Virus record (IMG/VR): IMGVR_UViG_3300021400_001748
Source of the DNA: an uncultured virus (IMG/VR IMGVR_UViG_3300021400_001748)
Taxonomy: Duplodnaviria; Heunggongvirae; Uroviricota; Caudoviricetes
DNA length: 64,000 nt
Reading direction: 5' to 3' (one strand)
The notes under the pieces are model-generated. The model was not told the DNA's origin, did not search any database, and saw nothing but the letters and a program-made list of their open reading frames with translations. This document shows positions 28,509-36,601 of the stretch, piece by piece. A program made the position numbers and the translations under genes. Numbering within the stretch: position 1 is the first letter of the stretch; every line of letters begins with the position of its first letter.

Positions 28509-29051
28509 ATGAGTTTAGAGTATGATAACTATTTGATAAAGCATATTGCAGCTGTTAATGAAGCACTTAGCTGGATTCAGGGTAATTTGCCGGAGCTTGT
28601 GCCGCTGGGAGTTAATCTTGAGCATTTCGCAAGGCATGATGAATCTAAGAAGACAATTGAAGAGTATGCAGCTTATGACAATTATTTTTATGGGGATGAT
28701 AAGGATGAACTGACTGAGGAACTGTTCGATACGGCATGGCTTCATCACATTCACAATAATCCTCATCATTGGCAGTATTGGGTTCTTATTAAAGATGATC
28801 CTTCGCCTAATCTTAAGAATAATATGACTCCAATTCGTATTCCATATAAGTATATTCTTGAAATGGTATGCGATTGGTGGTCGTTCTCATGGACTAAGGG
28901 CGATCTTCGAGAGGTTTTCAAGTGGTATGACGATCATAAGGGTACTATGGTGATTCATCCTGATTCAAAGAAACGGGTTGAGTATATTTTAAATAAGATC
29001 AAAGAGAAACTGGATGAACTAGATGCGTTGGAGGGAAAAGAGAATGAGTGA
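28509..29051 (+). CDS. DUF5662-like HD-fold protein
   Basis: HDESK, AWLHHIHNNPHHWQYW and EMVCDW motifs. Confidence 0.75.
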   Translation: MSLEYDNYLIKHIAAVNEALSWIQGNLPELVPLGVNLEHFARHDESKKTIEEYAAYDNYFYGDDKDELTEELFDTAWLHHIHNNPHHWQYWVLIKDDPSPNLKNNMTPIRIPYKYILEMVCDWWSFSWTKGDLREVFKWYDDHKGTMVIHPDSKKRVEYILNKIKEKLDELDALEGKENE

Positions 29052-29255
29052 CAGTTATATTCCTGATAGCATTCAGAATCTTATCGATAGGCTTAATAAT
29101 GTTAATTCTATTACTGGCATTGAGTCAATTATAGATATGTGCCGTGAAGCTGCTAACTATATTTCGAATATGGAAGCATATAGGCATGAAGTGCTTTGTC
29201 ATACAGAAGCTATTAAGCAGCAACTTGACAGAATTATCTAATAGGAGGTAAATAA

Positions 29256-29978
29256 GTGAACAAAGTAGCTGTGTATACAGGAACCAGAAACTTATACATT
29301 CATATGGTTCCAGCAATAAAGAGTCTATTAGCCAATTCAGATGTCGAGAGAGTGTATCTTCTTATCGAGGACGACGAGTTTCCGCATTATATTCCGAAGG
29401 GCTTAGTTAAGACGATTAACATGTCGGATCAGAAGTTCTTTGACATGACGGTGAATCCGAATAATAAAAGCCGTTTTACCTATATGGCAATGATAAGAAC
29501 CGCTTTCACGAAGATTTTCCCTGAGCTTGATGCTATTCTTTCGCTTGATGTAGATACGTTCTGTATCAATGATATTTCTGGCATTTGGAATATTCCTATT
29601 GATCAGTATTATTTCTCAGCGGTAAAAGAAAATCCTGAAACTGGAGGATGTGATGGATGGAATGCCGGTGTAATGCTTCAGAATCTAAAGAAGCTTAGAG
29701 AAACAGGCATGGATGATATTTTAATCAACAGGCTTCGTAATGAGGAGATCAGGTTTTTGGATCAAACAGTTTACAATCAGGAATGCAAAGACGCGGTGTA
29801 TGATATGAATCCATCATATAATGTGTGCGAGTATTGTATGCCTACAAAAGATCCAAAAATCATTCATTATGCTGGTCATCCTAACTGGCATAACTTCCCA
29901 GAGTATCGTAAGTGGATAAATGAATCTTGGGAAAGTGTACTCACTAGACATGAAGAAAGGATAAAAGTAGGTTTATGA
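29256..29978 (+). CDS. glycosyltransferase family 8
   Basis: LDVD (DxD), NAGVMLQN, DQTVYN and IIHYAG motifs. Confidence 0.85.
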   Translation: MNKVAVYTGTRNLYIHMVPAIKSLLANSDVERVYLLIEDDEFPHYIPKGLVKTINMSDQKFFDMTVNPNNKSRFTYMAMIRTAFTKIFPELDAILSLDVDTFCINDISGIWNIPIDQYYFSAVKENPETGGCDGWNAGVMLQNLKKLRETGMDDILINRLRNEEIRFLDQTVYNQECKDAVYDMNPSYNVCEYCMPTKDPKIIHYAGHPNWHNFPEYRKWINESWESVLTRHEERIKVGL

Positions 29979-30667
29979 ATTATCTGATTCATGCATATGA
30001 GCCAAGAATGTGGTATGTGAATGAGTTTCTGATACCATCAATGATCAATCAGGGTATTAAAAGAGAAGACATTGATATTTTTACAGATGATGGCTCTTTG
30101 GGAAACCTTAAGGCAGCTATGGAGAGCTTTAAAAATCTGCCAGATGACGACAGTGTTACATGGCATTTACAGGATGATATTTGCATCTGTTCTGATTTTG
30201 CTAAAGTTACAAAGCAGTATGAGAATGAATACACTATCATTTGCGGCTATTGTTACTGTAGAGACAAAGATTCAATCATCAGAAAAGGTGGCGAAGTAAG
30301 CGCAAAAGACATGTGGCATTCGTTCCCATGCATCATGATACCTAATAAGATTGCTATCGAATGCTCTGAATGGTTTTATAGTGATGCCATACACAGGTCT
30401 AAATTCAAGGAATGGGTAGACGAAAACAAGTACGATGATGCCTTCTTTAAAAAGTTCATGGAGGAAAATTATCATAGTCTAGGCGTTAAAATCATAAATT
30501 ATATTCCAAACCTGGTTGATCACATTGACTATTTAATAGGCGGATCCACTGTAAACAAGGAACGTGAAAAATGGTATAAGCAGTCAAGGGCAGCGTGGTT
30601 TAGTGATAAGCATTTAGTTGATCAGCTTACAGTGAGGCTAGAAGAAAGAAAAATGGAGGCAAAATAG
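29975..30667 (+). CDS. putative GT-A fold glycosyltransferase
   Basis: HLQDD and PNLVDH motifs; overlaps the GT8 stop codon. Confidence 0.6.
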   Translation: MNYLIHAYEPRMWYVNEFLIPSMINQGIKREDIDIFTDDGSLGNLKAAMESFKNLPDDDSVTWHLQDDICICSDFAKVTKQYENEYTIICGYCYCRDKDSIIRKGGEVSAKDMWHSFPCIMIPNKIAIECSEWFYSDAIHRSKFKEWVDENKYDDAFFKKFMEENYHSLGVKIINYIPNLVDHIDYLIGGSTVNKEREKWYKQSRAAWFSDKHLVDQLTVRLEERKMEAK

Positions 30668-30882
30668 TGAAATTCATATCGAAAAAGAACTTAATTGGGG
30701 TTTTAGAGCTTATTGGATCAGATTATATTTCAGGAGAGACACTTCAGAAGGTAGTTAAGGCTTATGGTGATGACTATTTCAAAGATCCTGGTGTAGAGCC
30801 GTGGGAGAGAACTGGTATCAATGAAGAGATCAAAATCGTGCTCGGAAGTTCGTATGAAGAGCTTCCTGAAAGGCTTAGATAG
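30667..30882 (+). CDS. hypothetical protein
   Basis: GGAGG RBS before GTG. Confidence 0.55.
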   Translation: MKFISKKNLIGVLELIGSDYISGETLQKVVKAYGDDYFKDPGVEPWERTGINEEIKIVLGSSYEELPERLR

Positions 30883-30930
30883 GTAAAAATAGTCCAATTT
30901 GGGCTGATTTGGAGGTGAAATTAGTACATT

Positions 30931-31569
30931 ATGGGCTATTTTGAGTTATATTTGGACTCTGTTTTGGCTGGAATGGCCATTGGATTAGGTGGATGCGGGT
31001 ATCTTTCATGTGAAAATAAAATTGTAGGAGCACTTTTGTTTAGCGTAGGGCTTCTCACAATTTTGGGGTTTAGGTGGAAACTTTTCACAGGAATGCTTTG
31101 TTCAAAGACGAAAATTAGTGAACTTTTGGTGTGTTACATCGGAAATTACTCAGGAACAGCCATCATTTCAGTTATATTTTGGTTTGCAAAGGCTTTCGAT
31201 CGAGAAAAACTTGCAGTTTTTGCGAATTTTGCCACTGCGAAGCTTCAAAAGCCACTATTTAGCACATTTTGTTCTGCTATTTTGTGCGAATTTTGCATTT
31301 TTGTAGCTGTAATTGGCTATAAAAAGGTACATTATGTTCTAGGAAAGTACTTTTGCGTAGTGCTAGGAGTGATGGTCTTCGTGATTTCTGGGTTTGAACA
31401 CTCGATCGCTGACATGTATTACATGGGTCTTTCAGGGGCTAATGACTTAGCTTTGATCGGCAGAATTATTATATTTTTAGCAGTTGTAACAGCCGGAAAT
31501 GTGGTCGGAGCAGTGATTTTGAGGCTATTTTCAGAGAAATTCCCGCAAAAATTACAAAGTTCTAAATGA
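30931..31569 (+). CDS. formate/nitrite transporter (FNT) family channel
   Basis: Multiple TM segments; LFTG, GFEHSIADM and GNVVG motifs. Confidence 0.85.
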   Translation: MGYFELYLDSVLAGMAIGLGGCGYLSCENKIVGALLFSVGLLTILGFRWKLFTGMLCSKTKISELLVCYIGNYSGTAIISVIFWFAKAFDREKLAVFANFATAKLQKPLFSTFCSAILCEFCIFVAVIGYKKVHYVLGKYFCVVLGVMVFVISGFEHSIADMYYMGLSGANDLALIGRIIIFLAVVTAGNVVGAVILRLFSEKFPQKLQSSK

Positions 31570-31671
31570 AACAGGTAACCCTGTGGCAGAAATGTCATGG
31601 GGTTGTCGTTTTCTGCTCGAATATTATGAGAGCTGGTGAACAAAGTGAACTAATGAGAAAGGAGAAAAATT

Positions 31672-32271
31672 ATGACATGTTATGAGTTTCCAGCAATTTT
31701 CACGAAAGAGGACAATGGCCACTATTCAGTAGACTTCCCAGACATTGAAGGCTGTCATACATGCGGGGATAATCTGAATGATGCTTTTTTTATGGCACAC
31801 GATGCTCTAAAAACGGTGCTTAGATTCAGAAAAAACAATGGTGAGCCTATGCCTGTAGTGCATATGGATCAAGCAATTATGCCTATTAAGAAGAATCAGG
31901 AAGCCTATGTGATTGCAGTGGATATAGATGATAATTATATTTCAGATGAGAAAGAGAAAAAGGAAGATCCTGTAAATCATCCGTCTCACTATGAAAAACA
32001 GTGTTCTCTTGAATGCATTGACGTTATGGAGGCCGTTTTTGAGTACGATGCAGTGTTTGATTTCTGTGTCTGTAATGCATTCAAGTATTTATGGAGACAC
32101 AAATTCAAAAACGGCGGTGAAGATATTAAGAAAGCTGAATGGTACATCAATAAGGCAGAGGCAATCATGTACGATGTAGGCGATGAAGAGCATCTGATGA
32201 ACAAACTCATCAGGGTACGGGATCTTTATAAGAAGGTAGAGAAGAAAGAGGCAAACATTGACTCAGAGTAA
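31672..32271 (+). CDS. HicB-like domain fused to DUF3310 domain
   Basis: YSVDFPDIEGCHTCGDNLNDA (HicB); DPVNHPSHY..ECID..NAFKYLWR..EDIKKAEWY (DUF3310). Confidence 0.8.
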   Translation: MTCYEFPAIFTKEDNGHYSVDFPDIEGCHTCGDNLNDAFFMAHDALKTVLRFRKNNGEPMPVVHMDQAIMPIKKNQEAYVIAVDIDDNYISDEKEKKEDPVNHPSHYEKQCSLECIDVMEAVFEYDAVFDFCVCNAFKYLWRHKFKNGGEDIKKAEWYINKAEAIMYDVGDEEHLMNKLIRVRDLYKKVEKKEANIDSE

Positions 32272-32416
32272 AGGTTACAAGTCCATTTTTGGCTAAAAAC
32301 TCGCAGAAAAAACATGGCGTATAATAGGAGCATGATTTTAGCTATTTTTAGCTACATCTGCTCCTATTTTTGCCTCGAAAAAGAGCATAGATTATATTTT
32401 TGCAAGGAGTATTATC

Positions 32417-32629
32417 ATGGAAAAATTCAAAGAAATTTGGGCTACAATTGGCAAGGAAGACAAAGAAAAACTGTACATTCTCATCGGAAAAACCTTCACA
32501 AATGGGAAAAGACAGGCTATTCCGAAGGATATTTATGACAGTATGACGAAGGAGCAGAGGATTGCGGCTCGTTATATTTTAGATCTCGCTCAGGAGTGTT
32601 TTGGTAATACTTCGGATAAGTGGCTGTAA
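32417..32629 (+). CDS. hypothetical protein
   Basis: AAGGAG RBS. Confidence 0.6.
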   Translation: MEKFKEIWATIGKEDKEKLYILIGKTFTNGKRQAIPKDIYDSMTKEQRIAARYILDLAQECFGNTSDKWL

Positions 32630-32983
32630 ATGAATATAGATTTTAAAGGCGTCTCAAATAGGGATTACATGATGGTAGTAGCAGTTATATTTGAGCTGCC
32701 AAATGGTGATTATGTGTCTGTTGGATGTGACGGCTATTCATTCTTTTCAGATTTCACAGTAGACGAAGAAGATGCAGAAGAAGGATGGGTTGTAGAGTAC
32801 GAAATGACGTGGAGAGCATGCTTCATATGGGATACGAAAGACCCTGATAACTTCGTAGTGGACAGATATTTTGTGTCAGGAGATGAGGAGATACTTAATA
32901 ACAGTATAGTCGTTGGATTCATGACTGACCATGATGCAATAGACGATTATGAAATGGCGTTCGATGAGTTTGAGGCGTACTAA
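32630..32983 (+). CDS. acidic hypothetical protein
   Basis: ORF within the operon. Confidence 0.6.
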   Translation: MNIDFKGVSNRDYMMVVAVIFELPNGDYVSVGCDGYSFFSDFTVDEEDAEEGWVVEYEMTWRACFIWDTKDPDNFVVDRYFVSGDEEILNNSIVVGFMTDHDAIDDYEMAFDEFEAY

Positions 32984-33017
32984 GAGAGGTAAAGATTAAG
33001 AAAGGAGATTATATTTC

Positions 33018-34112
33018 ATGAATAAAGGCAAAGTAGGAAAGTTATTCACTAAAATCAAATTGCCTGAAAAGGTAAAAGTGGGGGTTGGCATGGCAAGTCT
33101 CAAGGTAAAGAAGCATTCACCAGAAATTCTTCTTGGCCTTGGATTCGTGTCGATGGGAGCTGCAATTATATCTGCGGTGAGGTCAGCAAGAGAGCACGAT
33201 CAACTCATTGCAGATCATGAGGAAAGACTTGAGGCAGCCAAATGTGAGTATGTTATTCCTGATGAATATGACATCATCGCAGAAGCTGAATCGGGTGAAT
33301 ACAAGATGAGTGCTGGCGGTGGCACTATCGTTCGGAAGACAGAGAAAGAAGTGAACAGTGCTATCAGAAAATGCTACTTTGAGACGGCTGTAGGGTTCGC
33401 TAGATTATATGCCCGTACAACGCTGTATACGGCGATTTCAGCGCTTTGTTTCGTTAGTGCATATAATATACAGGCAAGGAGGGTATTGGCCCTAGAAACG
33501 GCGTATACGAGCTTACAGGAGTATATTAGGAAGTACGAACAGCGAAATATTGAACTCAATGGGAAAAAGAGCCATGAAATGTGTAAATATGGCTATAAAG
33601 AGATCGAAGCAACTGAAGAAGATCCGGATACTGGAGAGACTGTAACAGAGAAAAAGTTAGTACCTGCTTATGAAGGTGCGAGTAGTGAAGAGATGGCTAA
33701 AATGCCGTTCCATGATCAGTTCTTTATATTCTGTAAGCAGTCAGCGCCAGGAAAGTATACAGGGTTTGCAAATCGTGATAAGACAGAACTTGCGATTTCA
33801 GAAGATTATCTGAACGACCTTATTAATGCAAGAGGCTGGGCAGTTGTAAATGACTGGCTCGATTCAATTGGAATGGAAAGAACGGCTCAGGGTATGATTG
33901 AAGGATGGGTCAAAGGATATGGTCCTAGAGCTACGATTGGATGGGACGATCCGATTAATCGTGAGGCACTTGATGGGCATAATCACAGAGATTGGTACCT
34001 GGATTGTAATGTTCATGGTAATGTTTTCTCTATTCTTTCAGAGATGGAAAAGAAGAAAGAGGAACTAGAAGAGAAGTTAAAAGCTGAGCGTCTTGCTGAG
34101 GAGAAGGTGTAA
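33018..34112 (+). CDS. DUF6353-like phage protein
   Basis: KKHSPEILLGLG; YLNDLINARGWAVVNDWLDSIG..EGW; LDCNVHG. Confidence 0.8.
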   Translation: MNKGKVGKLFTKIKLPEKVKVGVGMASLKVKKHSPEILLGLGFVSMGAAIISAVRSAREHDQLIADHEERLEAAKCEYVIPDEYDIIAEAESGEYKMSAGGGTIVRKTEKEVNSAIRKCYFETAVGFARLYARTTLYTAISALCFVSAYNIQARRVLALETAYTSLQEYIRKYEQRNIELNGKKSHEMCKYGYKEIEATEEDPDTGETVTEKKLVPAYEGASSEEMAKMPFHDQFFIFCKQSAPGKYTGFANRDKTELAISEDYLNDLINARGWAVVNDWLDSIGMERTAQGMIEGWVKGYGPRATIGWDDPINREALDGHNHRDWYLDCNVHGNVFSILSEMEKKKEELEEKLKAERLAEEKV

Positions 34113-34114
34113 TT

Positions 34115-34939
34115 ATGACAAATGGGAGACTTCGAGGGGCAATTATATTTGTGATCGGAGCAGCTGTAGGAGGTTCTGCAGCTGCTTTTTTTACTCATAA
34201 ATGGGCGAAAAAGAAGTATATGGCTATCGCTAAATCTGAAGTTGATAGCTTAAAAGAGTATATTGAAAAGCTCCAGGCAGAAAGAATATGCGATATGAGT
34301 GGGTATTCTGGTAAGGGTAGCGGTGATGGGTCTGATGCTGTTGAAGATGGAGATGTAGCTGGACCAAATGGCTATCGCAAAGAGAAAGGGGAGAGTCAGG
34401 CAAGAAATTCTGGGTATAAGGGCAGGGAGGATCCTAATTATGTTCCCTATTCACAGTATTCAAAACATGGAAATAGCGATTCATGGAGGTCTGAGGAGGG
34501 AAAAAAGAGCAAAGTAGATGAAATTTACGATCAATTAGCTGCTGAATTAGAGCATCCAAGTGAAGGTGATGAAGGCGATTGGGATGCAGAGGATGCATAT
34601 TATCGTTCAGTCGAAATAAGAAAAGTAGATTCGGCAGAAGAACTATCAGATAGAGCAAATTCAGATGATAGTGGACCAGTAATTATATCCTTCCAAGAGT
34701 GTGGACTAAACCCTGAATATGACAAAGAAGACCTGTTTTTCTATAAGGAAGACGGTGTTGTAACTAATGATAATGAAGAAATCTGTGCCGCTCCTGAAGA
34801 TATGATTGGCACATGTATTCAGGATTCAGGATTCGATAGAAATGATCAGGAGATTCTGTACGTTCGGAATGATCGGAGGCTTACTTACTATGCTATCGAG
34901 AAGTATGACTATGCCTATTCAGAGAAAGACGGGTACTAA
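34115..34939 (+). CDS. acidic phage protein with an N-terminal TM helix
   Basis: FVIGAAVGGSAAAF; LYVRND motif. Confidence 0.75.
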   Translation: MTNGRLRGAIIFVIGAAVGGSAAAFFTHKWAKKKYMAIAKSEVDSLKEYIEKLQAERICDMSGYSGKGSGDGSDAVEDGDVAGPNGYRKEKGESQARNSGYKGREDPNYVPYSQYSKHGNSDSWRSEEGKKSKVDEIYDQLAAELEHPSEGDEGDWDAEDAYYRSVEIRKVDSAEELSDRANSDDSGPVIISFQECGLNPEYDKEDLFFYKEDGVVTNDNEEICAAPEDMIGTCIQDSGFDRNDQEILYVRNDRRLTYYAIEKYDYAYSEKDGY

Positions 34940-34941
34940 AT

Positions 34942-35244
34942 ATGGCAGGAATGAGGATATTTAGGACTGCAGACGACATGATGTATGACTTAGGATATCA
35001 TAAAGTTGAGGACAGCATTTCATGCAAAGATCTGTCCGGAGTTACCTATGAAAGGTTCATGGGAGAAGGCATCGGAACTAAGGTTATAGCTCTTGAACGG
35101 CAGGATGATGGACATTATATTCTTGGGTGTTTCAATAAATCTGGAAGTGTTCTTGGAGTAGGTGGTCACACTATGAGTTGGCTTACAGATAAGGAAATGA
35201 AGGCTGCTTATAGGAAGATGAAGGAGCTTCGGTCCAGAGAATGA
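34942..35244 (+). CDS. hypothetical protein
   Basis: ORF within the operon. Confidence 0.6.
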   Translation: MAGMRIFRTADDMMYDLGYHKVEDSISCKDLSGVTYERFMGEGIGTKVIALERQDDGHYILGCFNKSGSVLGVGGHTMSWLTDKEMKAAYRKMKELRSRE

Positions 35245-35254
35245 GGGAAGTGAT

Positions 35255-35455
35255 ATGGGCGAATCTTGGGAAAATGAAGTTGTTCGTAAGAAGGATCTTG
35301 TAGATTGGATTCAGAAGGCGGCATCTGCATATCAACAGCTACAATATTTGTATAGGAACCGCATAGACTATGGAAAAGAAATGACAATTCTTTGTGCTGT
35401 TGCAGATTATGTGCGTTGTATGAAGCCGTATGATAGTGATAATGTAGACAAGTGA
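35255..35455 (+). CDS. hypothetical protein
   Basis: ORF within the operon. Confidence 0.55.
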   Translation: MGESWENEVVRKKDLVDWIQKAASAYQQLQYLYRNRIDYGKEMTILCAVADYVRCMKPYDSDNVDK

Positions 35456-35494
35456 TGTGGAGAACATTATATTTCACAGTTTGGGAGGAGGTGA

Positions 35495-36049
35495 TTGTTA
35501 TTGGAGAAATTCCGCGGGTGGCATATTTTTGAATATTATCAATGGCTTCTTGAGAAGATTGACGGTTACAAGGAGCCTTATTATAACTATAGTTTGTTGC
35601 TTCATGAGCTTCATTCAATGCCTTTTATCTACTCACTTGAGATGGATGAAAACAGGGCTTCAGATGGCATTAGACTTCGCTGGGCTTACATGGATGAAAA
35701 CAATATTCCAGACCTTTATTACAAAGAAGGATTCTCTTGTTCAGTGCTCGAAATGATGATTGGACTCGCGATTCGATGCGATGTTGAGATCATGGGAGAC
35801 GGGGATTCGTACGGTACAAATGCCGGAAAATGGTTCTGGATAATGATTGATAATCTGGATCTGATGAAGTGCGATGACGAGCATTTTTCGAGTGAATATG
35901 TGCATCAACAGATCAAGATTTGGCTGACTCGTACGTTCTCAAGGAATGGCGAAGGGAGTCCGTTTCCGCTTCACAAAAAGAGATGCAGAGACCAGAGAAA
36001 TGTCGACATTTGGTTTCAGATGTGCGGGTATTTGAGTGAGAATTTTTAG
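35495..36049 (+). CDS. phage hypothetical protein
   Basis: GGAGGAGG RBS; DENRASDGIRLR, CSVLEMMIGLAIR and DIWFQM motifs. Confidence 0.75.
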   Translation: MLLEKFRGWHIFEYYQWLLEKIDGYKEPYYNYSLLLHELHSMPFIYSLEMDENRASDGIRLRWAYMDENNIPDLYYKEGFSCSVLEMMIGLAIRCDVEIMGDGDSYGTNAGKWFWIMIDNLDLMKCDDEHFSSEYVHQQIKIWLTRTFSRNGEGSPFPLHKKRCRDQRNVDIWFQMCGYLSENF

Positions 36050-36083
36050 TGATTTTGGAGGTGAATTGGAGGCATTATATTTT

Positions 36084-36278
36084 ATGGAAAATGGCGGTGA
36101 AAAGCGTGGTCGAGGAAGGCCGAAAAAGGACGGAATTACGTTAAAAAATGATGCACATTTTCGCATTTCTGACGAGGATGATGAGCGCTTAAATTTGATA
36201 GCAAAAGAGCTAAAAACTACGCGTTCAAATGCCATCAGAATACTTATAAAAGAGGCCAAAAATATACTAAATATTTAG
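36084..36278 (+). CDS. AT-hook plus ribbon-helix-helix DNA-binding protein
   Basis: KRGRGRPKK; FRISDEDDERLNLIAKELKTTRSNAIR. Confidence 0.7.
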   Translation: MENGGEKRGRGRPKKDGITLKNDAHFRISDEDDERLNLIAKELKTTRSNAIRILIKEAKNILNI

Positions 36279-36279
36279 A

Positions 36280-36580
36280 ACAAAATGGGCATTACATTTT
36301 CATTACATTCTGCTAAAAAATGCCTTACATTTTTGCCATTTTCGATTTAGTGTATCCCAAAATAAAAAAATAAAATGGGATACACTAATTCAAAAGTGTA
36401 ATGAAATGTAAGGAAATGTAATGCCCGAAACCCGCATAAATACTGGGTTTTTTCAAATCCTTACAAATTACATAATTTTTTTATATTGCATCTATAGAAA
36501 TTAAAAAATGAAAATATATAGAACAAACTGAAAAATTTTTGTAATTTTGTAATGCGAGTCCAAAATGGGCTAAAAATTGA
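36280..36580. other. candidate replication origin
   Basis: AT-rich non-coding region with TTACA/TGTAA repeats and nested inverted repeats, directly upstream of the replicase gene. Confidence 0.55.
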
Positions 36581-36601
36581 TGAAAGGAGGTGCGAAAATG
36601 A

